This document shows, piece by piece, positions 33,886 to 44,378 of a stretch of DNA of 64,000 nucleotides; positions within the stretch are counted from its first letter, which is position 1; each line of letters starts with the position of its first letter. The translations under genes were made by a program, and so were the position numbers. The notes under the pieces are model-generated. The model made no database searches, was not told the DNA's origin, and worked only from the letters and a program-made list of their open reading frames with translations. Source of the stretch: a virus (taxonomy: Duplodnaviria > Heunggongvirae > Uroviricota > Caudoviricetes); the IMG/VR virus record IMGVR_UViG_2654587772_000002; one strand, written 5' to 3'.

Positions 33886-35369
33886 TGGCCAGAAGTTGCG
33901 TAACGGATCCACGTTGGCGCGAGCTGGTGGCGCTATATCGTTATGACTGGATTGCTGCCGCTGATGTTTTGTTCGGCAAAACACCTACCTGGCAGCAGGA
34001 TCTGATTATTGAGTCTGTGCAGGAACAGGGTAGCAAGACATCTGTTTCGTCTGGTCACGGTACCGGGAAATCAGACATGACTTCTATCATGATCATGTTG
34101 TTCATAATCATGTATCCCGGTGCCCGCGCCATTATCGTTGCGAACAAAATTCAGCAGGTAATGACCGGTATATTCAAGTACATCAAGATAAACTGGGCTA
34201 CTGCCACCAGCCGTTTTCCATGGCTTGCTGATTATTTTGTTCTGACAGAAACCGCTTTCTATGAGGTTACTGGTAAAGGTGTATGGACTGTAGTACCGAA
34301 GGGCTTTCGTCTGGGAAGTGAAGAAGCTCTCGCCGGTGAACACGCAGATCATCTTCTGTATATTATCGATGAAGCCTCCGGTGTCAGTGATAGAGCTTTC
34401 GGTATCATCACTGGTGCTCTTACCGGACAGGATAACCGCATCTTATTACTGTCACAGCCTACACGCCCAAGCGGCTATTTCTACGATACTCACCATAAAC
34501 TGGCCAAGCGTCCTGGTAACCCTGATGGCGTTTATACGGCGATCACGCTTAACAGTGAGGAATCACCGCTGGTAACGCCAGCATTTATCAAAATGAAGCT
34601 GGCGGAGTACGGCGGGCGTGATAACCCTATGTACATGATTAAGGTACGCGGACTATTCCCTAAATCACAGGATGGCTTCCTTCTTGGACGTGATGAGGTT
34701 GAACGTGCGACGCGGCGGAAAGTCAAGATTGCCAAAGGATGGGGCTGGCTTGCATGTGTGGACGTTGCTGGTGGTACAGGACGGGATAAGTCCGTTATCA
34801 ATATCATGATGGTGTCCGGCCAGCGAAATAAACGCCGTGTAATCAACTATCGAATGCTGGAATACACAGACGTTACAGAAACGCAGCTTGCCGCCAAAAT
34901 TTTCGCAGAATGTAATCCTGAGCGATTCCCAAATATCACCATAGCGATAGACGGCGATGGGCTGGGTAAAGCAACGGCGGATCTGATGTACGAGTATTAT
35001 GGTATTACCGTACAGCGCATACGCTGGGGTAAAAAGATGCATAGCCGTGAAGATAAGAGCCTGTACTTTGATAAACGTGCTTATGCCAACGTTCAAGCCG
35101 CAGAGGCCGTAAAATCTGGTCGTATGAGACTGGATAAGGGTAATGAAACTATTGAGGAAGCGTCGAAAATCCCTGTAGGGATTAACTCCGCAGGTCAATG
35201 GAAGGTGATGAGTAAGGAGGATATGAAGAAAAAACTCAACCTGCACTCACCAGACCATTGGGATACATATTGTTTCGCTATGCTGGCGGATTATGTTCCC
35301 CAGGACGAAGTGCTTAGCGTCGAAGACGAAGCGCAGGTTGATGAAGCTCTGGCATGGCTTAATGAATGA
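33885..35369 (+). CDS. pacB: Pacase (terminase) large subunit PacB
   Basis: 494 aa; ATPase and nuclease regions; start overlaps pacA stop. Confidence 0.8.
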   Translation: MARSCVTDPRWRELVALYRYDWIAAADVLFGKTPTWQQDLIIESVQEQGSKTSVSSGHGTGKSDMTSIMIMLFIIMYPGARAIIVANKIQQVMTGIFKYIKINWATATSRFPWLADYFVLTETAFYEVTGKGVWTVVPKGFRLGSEEALAGEHADHLLYIIDEASGVSDRAFGIITGALTGQDNRILLLSQPTRPSGYFYDTHHKLAKRPGNPDGVYTAITLNSEESPLVTPAFIKMKLAEYGGRDNPMYMIKVRGLFPKSQDGFLLGRDEVERATRRKVKIAKGWGWLACVDVAGGTGRDKSVINIMMVSGQRNKRRVINYRMLEYTDVTETQLAAKIFAECNPERFPNITIAIDGDGLGKATADLMYEYYGITVQRIRWGKKMHSREDKSLYFDKRAYANVQAAEAVKSGRMRLDKGNETIEEASKIPVGINSAGQWKVMSKEDMKKKLNLHSPDHWDTYCFAMLADYVPQDEVLSVEDEAQVDEALAWLNE

Positions 35370-35372
35370 ATA

Positions 35373-35389
35373 CTTGCTCTAATAAATTG
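35373..35389 (+). promoter_or_regulatory. C1-operator-like site CTTGCTCTAATAAATTG (15/17)
   Basis: Immediately 3' of pacB. Confidence 0.45.
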
Positions 35390-35520
35390 TGTTTTTTAAC
35401 TGCCGATGTTACATTGAGCCTGACCTCTTGCGCCTTGAGGCATTTTCGGTTTATGCTTATCAGGCACCTCAGTAAAACGGGTGCCGGGATTGAGACCCCG
35501 GATAATGCAAAAGGCGACAC

Positions 35521-35548
35521 AGACGCCAAAAGCGTCTTTTTTTGTGTC
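35521..35548 (+). terminator. Rho-independent terminator (GACGC-CAAAA-GCGTC + T7)
   Basis: Hairpin plus TTTTTTT. Confidence 0.55.
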
Positions 35549-35569
35549 ATGCCATCGCACAGCCATACG

Positions 35570-35720
35570 TAGCGTTTAGCTCAGAGATCAATGGTAGTGC
35601 TGGCTGGGCTGCCGAAAGGCAGGCCGGTTCCCTTTTGCGCCGGTAGTCTCAACCCAGTCAGTGCTACCGCCATTGAGATTGAGACCTCACGCGGTAGCTC
35701 CTTAAATTAGCAAAAGGAGG
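35570..35720 (+). ncRNA. Candidate structured leader/antisense-type RNA upstream of icd-like/ant-like genes (c4-like role speculative)
   Basis: GC-rich inverted repeats (GGTAGTGCTGG / CCAGTCAGTGCTACC), no ORF, lies between terminator and strong SD. Confidence 0.3.
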
Positions 35721-35728
35721 CTGCCATT

Positions 35729-35950
35729 GTGGCTACTATCCCTACCCCAGCTCATCCTGAATTTATCTGGCGCTTTTACTCCTGCCAAAAACGTCACTAT
35801 CACTTCGTTATTGCACCGACAGAAGATGAGGCACGTTCTCAGCTTCCGGATGCTCCCTGTATTTTCTCTGCCCGCTTTTCTACCGATTCGCGCAATTCTC
35901 TCAGTTACTGGTGCCTCCCTGTTAACGCTTCTGCTCAGGAGGGACTATGA
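35729..35950 (+). CDS. Small protein (73 aa) preceding antirepressor gene (icd-like position)
   Basis: AGGAGG SD; GTG start; stop overlaps next start. Confidence 0.4.
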   Translation: MATIPTPAHPEFIWRFYSCQKRHYHFVIAPTEDEARSQLPDAPCIFSARFSTDSRNSLSYWCLPVNASAQEGL

Positions 35951-37049
35951 GAACGTCATTAGTCACCCGTGAAGAGATGATCGAGGCAATTGAACAGCAC
36001 ACTGCCTGTATCAGTACCAGGGATATACCGGGCGTTATTGCCAACTACTTCATGATCACCAAACAACTTTACCGGAGAAAGGACAAATACGCGGTTCACC
36101 GCATTCTGCTAACCGATATCCGTGAATACCTGCTCGAACAGGGTCATCTGAATTACGCAACCGTCGCAGCCGAAGCACGCAAGGAGGCACACAGAATGAA
36201 AGCAACTAACGTTAAATCAGAAAAAATTTATGCACCTTCAGTTCAGGAATCGGAACTGGTGGTTGTTCAGAATCAGCCGGATGAAATTCCCGTTCTGGAA
36301 TGGCAGGGAGTACGTGTCGTGACAACCGAAACTCTTGCTAGAGGGTATGGTGTCGATGAAGCCAATATTCGCAACAATTTGTCTCGCAACCTTGACCGCT
36401 TTGAAGAAGGTAAGCATTACTTTCTTCTAACTGGTTTAAAATTAAGAGAATTTAAGAACAGAGTAACCGGAAGTTACTCTGTTGGTAAGAACGCCAGAAG
36501 CCTTACACTCTGGACAGAGCGCGGCGCTGCACGCATGTCTAAGATCGTGGACACAAATGAAGCATGGGCATTCTTTGAAAAACTGGAAGACAGCTACTTC
36601 CGGCAAAAAGAACAGCAACCGGTTGCAATCCCCCAGACGCTTCCAGAAGCTCTGCGCCTGGCTGCCGAACTGGCTGAACAAAAGAACAGAAAGCCCACCA
36701 GCTAAATCAGCAGCTGGTGGCCGCCGCTCCTAAAGTCGATTTTGCCGACCGGGTATCAGTAGCTAAAGGGATCCTGATTGGGAATTTTGCAAAGGTTGTT
36801 GGACTTAAGCAAAACGCGCTGTTTGCCTGGTTACGGGAGAACGGCATCCTGATAGCGTCCGGTGGACGTAAAAATGTGCCGTTCCAGCAGTACATCAATG
36901 CGGGGTATTTCACGGTGAAAGAAGTGGTGCTGGATGATGAAGATGGCTACCAGATACGGTTGACGCCTCAATTAACGGGTAAAGGCCAGCAGTGGTTGAC
37001 GCGTAAACTGCTCGATGCTGGCTTGTTAAAACCGGTGGCGGCTGAATAA
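35947..37049 (+). pseudogene. Antirepressor-like gene (ORF6N/AntA-like N-domain + KilAC C-domain) split by a frameshift near 36678-36705
   Basis: Frame A ends LAAELAEQKNRKPTS*; C-frame open from 36678 reads TKEQKAHQLNQQLVAAAPKVDFADRV... (KilAC); domains normally fused. Confidence 0.55.
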
Positions 37050-37081
37050 TGGAAGAATGCCCGGTTGATGCCGGGCATAAT

Positions 37082-37933
37082 TTATTGCGCGCTTTCGGGG
37101 TTGTCGTTTACTGGCTGCCCCTTCTTGGTTTTACGGCTGCGCGTAACTGATGCGGCTGACTTAACCTTTTTCTCTTCGCGAGTGATGGCAATTTGTTTTT
37201 TTACATTTTCAATATCTGCCAGGCGATATATTTTTGCTTGCGGCCAGCGGTCGCAGATGATCGGTTCTATAGAGTCATAAAGGCTAAATTTTGCTTTCTC
37301 GAATTCACCGTTGATGATGATTCCATCACGGAGAGTTTCATCGCAGATAAACACGCCACACAGCGGTACATGGTAACTAACTGATTTACCATCATTGTAG
37401 TTAGGGCTACTGGAGATGTAGTGGACGCGCAGCATTGTTTCGCTAAAGCCGTGTACACGCATACGGAATTTTTCATCCTCCGGGTACTGCCTCATTAGCT
37501 CTTTTGTTGCTTCCAGGTTCTCTATGTATTTCGCACTGTGCTCATTGATCCCCGCGCTTTTTTGGATGCGAATGTCCTTATCAATCAGATGAATAATGCG
37601 GCCAGCGGTCATGTTGACGCTGTTCACAGCTTCTGTCTGATAAGTTGTAACCTTGCGCACACCGCGAAGGATGTTAGGCACTGGATATAAAATAGTCTTT
37701 GGGATATTGAGGTCTGGGTACTGTTCCAGTTCCCGCGCCATTAAAGTCCATTTATCAATTTCAGCCTGAATGCTGTCAGTTTCTTTGAACGGTAGAACGA
37801 CAACCGGGCGTACAGGACGACCGTCGCTGGCTGTATCAACGTGTTGGGCGCGTGCAACAGCTTTTTTTAGAAAGAGATCCCTGAAGCTGACGAACTCCTG
37901 GTACAGTTGTTCGCCGTAGACATAATTTATCAT
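37082..37933 (-). CDS. c1: C1 repressor of lytic functions
   Basis: 283 aa, position next to coi/loxP/cre, genome-wide cognate operators. Confidence 0.85.
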   Translation of the reverse strand: MINYVYGEQLYQEFVSFRDLFLKKAVARAQHVDTASDGRPVRPVVVLPFKETDSIQAEIDKWTLMARELEQYPDLNIPKTILYPVPNILRGVRKVTTYQTEAVNSVNMTAGRIIHLIDKDIRIQKSAGINEHSAKYIENLEATKELMRQYPEDEKFRMRVHGFSETMLRVHYISSSPNYNDGKSVSYHVPLCGVFICDETLRDGIIINGEFEKAKFSLYDSIEPIICDRWPQAKIYRLADIENVKKQIAITREEKKVKSAASVTRSRKTKKGQPVNDNPESAQ

Positions 37934-38027
37934 TGATCCTCCTCCAGAATTGACATGGTCAATAACGCCCGGCTGAGAAAACCGGTCATTACTGACCTAT
38001 ATTATAGAGGGATCAAACAAAAATAAT

Positions 38028-38044
38028 AGATTTATTAGTGCATT
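38028..38044 (-). promoter_or_regulatory. C1-operator-like site (14/17) between coi and c1
   Basis: AATGCACTAATAAATCT on minus strand. Confidence 0.4.
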
Positions 38045-38253
38045 TATTGTGAGTCCAACTGGTTAGTTGCCATGAGATATTCGATTGTGTCAGTGAGGTC
38101 ATCCAGGTCGTCTTGGGTGATGCGGTACTCCTGATTGGATATCTTTGAGTAGTGTTCAGCAATGGCGCGGGCAGCGTCGGTTTCGGCAGGGTCTACAGAT
38201 AAAGCGTTAGAGCAATGTCTAACGTCGTCGATGGTTGGTTGAATGAAAGCCAT
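38044..38253 (-). CDS. coi: C1 inactivator Coi
   Basis: 69 aa ORF directly upstream of c1 on the same strand. Confidence 0.7.
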   Translation of the reverse strand: MAFIQPTIDDVRHCSNALSVDPAETDAARAIAEHYSKISNQEYRITQDDLDDLTDTIEYLMATNQLDSQ

Positions 38254-38491
38254 AATTATGCCTCACTGTATTGACAACACAGAGCCTGAAGCTCTGACCT
38301 ACTGTTTCACCCATGATCCATGCTGGGGTAATCTAACAACATTGCGCTGTGTGTAAGATGAGCAATGCATAGCTGTAATGCCGTTGTATAAGGTTTCCCT
38401 GTTTGCTCATTTCCTTCTGAGCCGCTCTACAACGCTGAAGACACATTAAATAGTGAATCCAAAGTCGTATTACGAAACGGCGGCAAAACTA

Positions 38492-38508
38492 TAATTTATT
38501 AGAGCAAT
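38492..38508 (-). promoter_or_regulatory. C1 operator (16/17), Op99-like
   Basis: ATTGCTCTAATAAATTA on minus strand upstream of coi. Confidence 0.55.
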
Positions 38509-38574
38509 TGTCAAACAACTATGAAAAACAATCCAGTTTTTGGCTGGTGGAGTGGGATTTTTCTCTCAAAATTT

Positions 38575-38591
38575 ATTGCTCTAATAATTCT
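38575..38591 (+). promoter_or_regulatory. C1 operator ATTGCTCTAATAATTCT (15/17)
   Basis: Inverted relative to 38492 site. Confidence 0.5.
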
Positions 38592-38634
38592 TGATTTTTA
38601 TGCGCAGCTGGACGTAAACTCCTCTTCAGACCTA

Positions 38635-38668
38635 ATAACTTCGTATAGCATACATTATACGAAGTTAT
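38635..38668 (+). other. loxP recombination site
   Basis: Exact ATAACTTCGTATA-GCATACAT-TATACGAAGTTAT. Confidence 0.98.
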
Positions 38669-38740
38669 ATTAAGGGTTATTGAATATGATCAATTTACCT
38701 GTAAATCCATACAGTTCAATACCTTGGCAGGTCAAATAGT

Positions 38741-38828
38741 GATCACTTGATCATTTGATCAAGGTTGCGCTACGTAAAATCTGTGAAAAATTGGCGGTGT
38801 TAGTCCTACAGATTTCGCGTAGCGCACT
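38741..38828 (+). promoter_or_regulatory. cre upstream regulatory region: three tandem GATC sites (TGATCACTTGATCATTTGATCA) and an 18-bp imperfect inverted repeat
   Basis: GATC triplet 38741-38765; inverted repeat GCGCTACGTAAAATCTGT / ACAGATTTCGCGTAGCGC. Confidence 0.5.
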
Positions 38829-38857
38829 TAGCACCACCAATCAATCAGAGGTGAAAA

Positions 38858-39079
38858 ATGGGATATTCAACTGCTAAAGTGTCCACTCATCTTGAGCTTG
38901 AGAAAAACCGTGGTTACTGGCGGGCAAAAGGGTTTGATCGTGATAGTTGCCAACTGTCATTATCGCGCGGTGAAGAAAAAATAGAACGCACGCGCGGTCG
39001 CTGGCGTTTCTATGACGAGAACCATAAACAGGTAAAGGCAGAGCCGATCCTGTACACTTTACTTAAAACCATTATCTGA
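38858..39079 (+). CDS. Small basic ORF (73 aa) immediately upstream of cre
   Basis: SD GAGGTG; coding status uncertain. Confidence 0.3.
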   Translation: MGYSTAKVSTHLELEKNRGYWRAKGFDRDSCQLSLSRGEEKIERTRGRWRFYDENHKQVKAEPILYTLLKTII

Positions 39080-39086
39080 GTGTTAA

Positions 39087-40118
39087 ATGTCCAATTTACT
39101 GACCGTACACCAAAATTTGCCTGCATTACCGGTCGATGCAACGAGTGATGAGGTTCGCAAGAATCTGATGGACATGTTCAGGGATCGCCAGGCGTTTTCT
39201 GAGCATACTTGGAAAATGCTTCTGTCCGTTTGCCGGTCGTGGGCGGCATGGTGCAAGTTGAATAACCGGAAGTGGTTTCCCGCAGAACCTGAAGATGTTC
39301 GCGATTATCTTCTATATCTTCAGGCGCGCGGTCTGGCAGTGAAAACTATCCAGCAACATTTGGGCCAGCTAAATATGCTTCATCGTCGGTCCGGGCTGCC
39401 ACGACCAAGTGACAGCAATGCTGTTTCACTGGTCATGCGACGGATCCGAAAAGAAAACGTTGATGCCGGTGAGCGTGCAAAACAGGCGCTGGCGTTCGAA
39501 CGCACTGATTTCGACCAGGTTCGTTCACTCATGGAAAATAGCGATCGCTGCCAGGATATACGTAATCTGGCATTTCTGGGGATTGCTTATAACACCCTGT
39601 TACGTATAGCCGAAATTTCCAGGATCAGAGTTAAAGATATCTCACGTACTGACGGTGGGAGAATGTTAATCCATATTGGCAGAACGAAAACGCTGGTTAG
39701 CACCGCTGGTGTAGAGAAGGCACTTAGTCTGGGGGTAACTAAACTGGTTGAGCGATGGATTTCTGTCTCTGGTGTGGCTGATGATCCGAATAACTACTTG
39801 TTTTGCCGTGTCAGAAAAAATGGTGTTGCCGCGCCATCTGCCACCAGCCAGCTATCAACTCGCGCCCTGGAAGGGATTTTTGAAGCAACTCACCGATTGA
39901 TTTACGGGGCTAAGGATGACTCTGGCCAGAGGTACCTGGCCTGGTCTGGACACAGTGCCCGTGTCGGAGCCGCGCGAGATATGGCCCGCGCCGGAGTTTC
40001 AATACCGGAGATCATGCAAGCTGGTGGCTGGACCAACGTAAATATTGTCATGAACTATATCCGTAACCTGGATAGTGAAACAGGGGCAATGGTGCGCCTG
40101 CTGGAAGATGGCGATTAG
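39087..40118 (+). CDS. cre: Cre tyrosine recombinase
   Basis: 343-aa sequence MSNLLTVHQNLPALPVDATSDEVRKNLMDMFRDRQAFSEHTWKMLLSVCRSWAAWCKL... matches Cre. Confidence 0.98.
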   Translation: MSNLLTVHQNLPALPVDATSDEVRKNLMDMFRDRQAFSEHTWKMLLSVCRSWAAWCKLNNRKWFPAEPEDVRDYLLYLQARGLAVKTIQQHLGQLNMLHRRSGLPRPSDSNAVSLVMRRIRKENVDAGERAKQALAFERTDFDQVRSLMENSDRCQDIRNLAFLGIAYNTLLRIAEISRIRVKDISRTDGGRMLIHIGRTKTLVSTAGVEKALSLGVTKLVERWISVSGVADDPNNYLFCRVRKNGVAAPSATSQLSTRALEGIFEATHRLIYGAKDDSGQRYLAWSGHSARVGAARDMARAGVSIPEIMQAGGWTNVNIVMNYIRNLDSETGAMVRLLEDGD

Positions 40119-40168
40119 CCATTAACGCGTAAATGATTGTTCTAATTCTTTGATATTTATGGTGACAT

Positions 40169-40480
40169 ATGAGAAAGGATTTCAACATCGACGGAAAATA
40201 TGTAGTGCTGTCTGTAAGCACTAATATTCAGTCGCCAGCCGTCATTGTCACTGTAAAGCTGAGCGATAGAATGCCTGATATTGACTCAATATCCGTTGCG
40301 TTCCCTGTCAAAAGTATGCGTGGTGCTGAACATTTCGTGATGAATGCCACCGAGGAAGAAGCACGGCGCGGTTTTGCTAAAGTAGTGTCTGACTTTGGCG
40401 AACTCTTGGATAAGGTTAACAATGTCCTTTCAATCAGTTCAGCAAGGTCCAAAGCGTTAACAGCTTCCATGATGAAATAA
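40169..40480 (+). CDS. Small protein downstream of cre (cra position)
   Basis: 103-aa ORF. Confidence 0.45.
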   Translation: MRKDFNIDGKYVVLSVSTNIQSPAVIVTVKLSDRMPDIDSISVAFPVKSMRGAEHFVMNATEEEARRGFAKVVSDFGELLDKVNNVLSISSARSKALTASMMK

Positions 40481-40607
40481 AAAAAGCCTGGCAAGGAACC
40501 AGGCTGCACAAAAGAGCGGGTTTGTGTTCCGCATCCAATCAATCAGAAAGGAGTATAGCACATAGATACTAAAGTGAAAAAATGTGACTGAAGATAAACA
40601 ATATAAC

Positions 40608-40624
40608 ATTGCTCTAATTGATTG
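40608..40624 (+). promoter_or_regulatory. C1-operator-like site ATTGCTCTAATTGATTG (14/17)
   Basis: At the position where P1 has the ref operator; here followed by cargo. Confidence 0.45.
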
Positions 40625-40828
40625 TTATAATTGAGCCGTGGCGTTAGTCAACTACGAAGACGTGGCCATTACCTACTTAACCAGTTCCGCCAGGGCAGCA
40701 GAGTAGGTTTCATCTCGGATGTACCATGCCTGCATGTTTTCCAGAGAAGCCCGCGAGGTTCCCGGACAGGACTCTGCCATTGCGATAGATTAAATGCAAT
40801 AACCTAAAAGCGATAACGTGGTGGAAAA

Positions 40829-41468
40829 ATGTTCATCAGAGCTTATTTAAGGGCATCAACGGAAGATCAGTTTGCCGATCGGGCAAAAGAGATGCTGGGG
40901 CAGTTTGTTCAGGAGCGGGGACATAAAATAGCCAGTTACTACCGGGAGAACATAAGCGGTACAAAACTCGACCGCCGGAACTGGGACGCTTACTGATGGA
41001 CAGCCACCGCAATGATATTTTACTGGTCGAGCAAATTGACCGCCTGACCCGTCTGAGTAACAGTGACTGGATTACGCTGAAAAAGCAGATAGAACAACAC
41101 GAACTGCGGATTGTCGCCTGGATGTATCCACCTCATGGCAGGCGCTGTCAGATAAAGACCCTTCGCAGGCTGACCCAATCACCCGCGCCGTGATAACCGC
41201 CATCAATAACATGCTTATCGACCTGATGGCCGCGATGTCGCATAAGGACTGGCTGAGCCGTCGCCAACGGCAACAACAGGGAATTGAACGGGCTCATACG
41301 CTGGGTAAATACCGGGGATAACAGGCCGATCAGGAACGGCATCAGAAAGTCCTGTACTACTGGCAGGTCAAGAAACTAAGTATCCATGAAACGGCAGATG
41401 CGACAGGGTACAGTCCTTCACAGATATGCCGCATTCAAGCCCTTTATAGAGAGCCTGAATCGGAATAA
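40829..41468 (+). pseudogene. Serine recombinase (resolvase/invertase family) pseudogene with at least 3 frame disruptions
   Basis: MFIRAYLRASTEDQ... / DRPELGRLLMDSHRNDILLVEQIDRLTRL / ...HETADATGYSPSQICRI (HTH) in three different frames. Confidence 0.6.
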
Positions 41469-41574
41469 AAAGTAGCCCAGGCGTTAATGGATTACCTTTC
41501 CAGGCTAAGCTCATTGCTCCTGTCAGATACGCAGCCCTGCCTGTAATAATACAGACTGGGCAATGTGTTGCCAC

Positions 41575-41976
41575 TCAGGCTGACAACTGTCGGAGGATAT
41601 CCGCTGTATTATAATGAGCCCGTTTTTCTATATATTTCCCGTCTTTCAGAGTGATCATAAACATCAGAGAAAAGCGCACTTTCCTGCCGCTGGCAGGATG
41701 CCCAAGGAATTCACGGGTCTGCACGCCTTCAAAGATAAGATAGCAGGCGACTTTATCGTCTCTGGCAAAGATTTCGTGGATACGCATTGTAAATCCCGGA
41801 AAAGCATCCATATGGCCTTTTTCCTGTACGATAAACTGCTCACTGTTCAGCGGTGTATCCACCTGAGAATAGAATTTAAAATCCGGATGGCAGAGGTTTT
41901 TCACCTCATCATATTTATTTTCTTCAATCAGACGATAAAACTTTTTAACCGTTTTGATATTTTCTTAAACAGACAT
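41575..41976 (-). pseudogene. SnoaL-like small protein with in-frame TAA at codon 4 (ATG TCT GTT TAA)
   Basis: Natural ATG at 41976 followed by stop at 41965-41967, frame then open to 41575; NTF2/SnoaL-like composition. Confidence 0.45.
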
Positions 41977-41984
41977 ATTGCACC

Positions 41985-42974
41985 TCATTTTTCAGTTTCT
42001 TTACCTGCCGGAATATTGCCTTCCGGCGTTCCGTTAAATGTTTTTCGCCATTCACTGGGACTGACTCCCATCCGCTGCCGGAATATCTGCCGGAAAGTAA
42101 TGGTGGACTGAAAGCCTGCCAGTTCGGCAACCCGCTCCACTGCAATATCTGTACTTTCCAGCAGTTCCTGACTCCGCCGGAGACGCTCTGTGGTGATCCA
42201 CTCCCAGACCGTCATTCCTGTGGCCGAATGAAAATGGCGTGTAAGCGTTCTTCGGCTCATGGAGGCTAAATGGGCCAGAGTGTCAATATCATGTGGTAAT
42301 CCCAGATTTGCGGACAGGTATTCCAGCAGCTGGTTTATGCGGTTATCGGACGTACTTTTGGGAATAAGCAGTTGCCGGTACTGTGCCTGTCCGCCTTCCC
42401 GGTAAGGAGGAGCAACCATCCGGCGGGCTATTTGATTAGCCGTATATCTGCCCAGGCGTTGCCGGATCACATGGAGACAACAGTCCAGTGCTGCGGCTGT
42501 ACCGGCTGAGGTGATAATCCGCTCGTCCTCAACATAAAGCACGTTCACGTCCAGATGAACCGCCGGGAAAAGCATCTGGAAATCCCGTTCAGCCTCCCAG
42601 TGCGTGGCCGCCCGTTTACCATCCAGCAGACCGGTGTAAGCCAGAACAAAACTCCCCAGGCACAGGCCCACCACCTGAGCTCCATTTTTCCAGGCTGCAA
42701 CCAGGGCACTGAGCAGAGTTTCAGAAGGCCTTTCATGGATGTGTTTCCAGAAAGGAATAATAACGATATCGGCCTCTGCCAGTGCATCAAGCCCGTATTC
42801 TGCCCTCATCGCCGTACCTTCAGCAGACCAGATAAGCCCGGGCTCTTCCGCACATACCCGGCGGCTGAAGAGGGCCTTCCCTTCCAGTATCTCCCCGAAC
42901 AGGATTAATGGAACGGAGACATGAAATGTACTGAACCCTTCGGTGATCACTATAGCGACAGTGATGGTGGACAT
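41985..42974 (-). CDS. GlxA-family transcriptional regulator (DJ-1/PfpI domain + AraC HTH)
   Basis: N-terminal class-I glutamine amidotransferase-like region, C-terminal AraC-type HTH. Confidence 0.75.
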   Translation of the reverse strand: MSTITVAIVITEGFSTFHVSVPLILFGEILEGKALFSRRVCAEEPGLIWSAEGTAMRAEYGLDALAEADIVIIPFWKHIHERPSETLLSALVAAWKNGAQVVGLCLGSFVLAYTGLLDGKRAATHWEAERDFQMLFPAVHLDVNVLYVEDERIITSAGTAAALDCCLHVIRQRLGRYTANQIARRMVAPPYREGGQAQYRQLLIPKSTSDNRINQLLEYLSANLGLPHDIDTLAHLASMSRRTLTRHFHSATGMTVWEWITTERLRRSQELLESTDIAVERVAELAGFQSTITFRQIFRQRMGVSPSEWRKTFNGTPEGNIPAGKETEK

Positions 42975-42989
42975 GCCATGGCCTCCGGG

Positions 42990-43766
42990 TTAAATCGTAA
43001 CTGATTCACCATCAGCAGGAGCGACAACTGACGCCTGGATCTGGTTATCGCGGGCATATTCCAGCAGTTCCTGACGGGTCAGCAGACAGTGGTTTACGGC
43101 CTCCATGTGCGTTGCCACAATCAGTGCCTCTGGTACGATACGATGGGCTTTCAGGACATCTTCCCTGCCGAAAATAATGGGGCCGAATCCGAGAACATGC
43201 GCCCAGCCCGTATTCATAATAACGACGCCAGGATTGAACCGACGTAAATTATCCTCTACAGCCTTGATCCAGATGGTATCCCCAACCAGATAGAGCGTTT
43301 TTTCGGACGGATGCTGGAAGACCACCCCACAGGCATCCCCAAGAATTGCTGCGAGTTGCGGGTTAGCATAGGCTTCGTCCGAACCATGCTGACAAACGGT
43401 TTTAATAAGTGAAATTTCGCCAAATGTGCTTTTGTCAGACAGAATAACAAGGTTGCTGAAGCCCTGGGAACGCAGGATCTTTTCATCATGTTCATTCTGA
43501 ACATAAATCAGTTTATCTTTCGGGATGTGCGCAACAGCCGCTTCATCCCAGTGGTCAGGGTGTGTGTGGGTGACAATAATGGCATCCACATCCAGCAGTA
43601 CATCAAGGTCAAAAGGCAGCTCAGTCATCGGGATGCGGATATCTGACCGGGCCGTTCCTTCGAATCCCGGATAGGCTTCTTTTTTCGCAAGCATCGGATC
43701 GACAAGAAATTTTTTACCAGCGTAAGAAATGAGTTGTGTGGCGTTACGTACCTGGATGATCTTCAT
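42990..43766 (-). CDS. MBL-fold metallo-hydrolase
   Basis: THTHPDHWDE (HxHxDH) motif. Confidence 0.75.
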   Translation of the reverse strand: MKIIQVRNATQLISYAGKKFLVDPMLAKKEAYPGFEGTARSDIRIPMTELPFDLDVLLDVDAIIVTHTHPDHWDEAAVAHIPKDKLIYVQNEHDEKILRSQGFSNLVILSDKSTFGEISLIKTVCQHGSDEAYANPQLAAILGDACGVVFQHPSEKTLYLVGDTIWIKAVEDNLRRFNPGVVIMNTGWAHVLGFGPIIFGREDVLKAHRIVPEALIVATHMEAVNHCLLTRQELLEYARDNQIQASVVAPADGESVTI

Positions 43767-43981
43767 TTTAGCAAGTCCTGTATTGGTTAATAACCATCAG
43801 AGCCATATCATGATGGCCTAATGTGATAATTATGATTAAATCAGGCCTGCCTGCCACTGAAATAATGCCATATTTGGATGATATCAGGCCATTCTTCTGG
43901 CTCTCAGGTTTCAGGAATATGTCTGCTGAAAGCGGGTACAGATCTGACGCATTGAAGGGAAGTATCGTCCTTTAAGGCTTA

Positions 43982-44371
43982 TTGATGTCAGCCAGTACAA
44001 AAAATCATCTTAACGTACAATATCTTCCGTTTCCCAAACGGAGCCCACCAACGACGGAGGAACGGCGCATCGCCAATGCTCTTGGCGCTCTCCCCTGCAT
44101 TGCCTGCTATATGCCTGGAGTAATATCTAATGAGGTGTCTCTGAACCATATCGCCGGTCGTACCGCGCCGGGTTGTCACAAAAAGCAATTGCCACTTTGT
44201 AGATGGCACCACCAGCATGCAGCACCGGCTGAAGTAAGAGAAAAATACCCCTGGCTGGTCCCTGTTCATGCCGATGGTGTGGTTGGAGGCAAGAAAGAAT
44301 TCACCTTGCTGAACAAGTCAGAGATGGAGTTGCTGGCTGACGCCTATGAAATGGCAAACGTCATGCACTAA
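43982..44371 (+). CDS. Cys/His-rich small protein (possible HNH/Ref-like nuclease core)
   Basis: CIACY...NHIAG...GCHKK..PLCRWHHQH pattern. Confidence 0.35.
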   Translation: MMSASTKNHLNVQYLPFPKRSPPTTEERRIANALGALPCIACYMPGVISNEVSLNHIAGRTAPGCHKKQLPLCRWHHQHAAPAEVREKYPWLVPVHADGVVGGKKEFTLLNKSEMELLADAYEMANVMH

Positions 44372-44378
44372 TAAATAT
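44362..44378 (+). promoter_or_regulatory. Weak C1-operator-like site (13/17)
   Basis: ATGCACTAATAAATAT. Confidence 0.3.

Noticed and set aside
41614-42924. Plus-strand ORFs antisense to the SnoaL-like and GlxA-family regulator genes
   Set aside because: Antisense shadows of a motif-supported gene; no start signals
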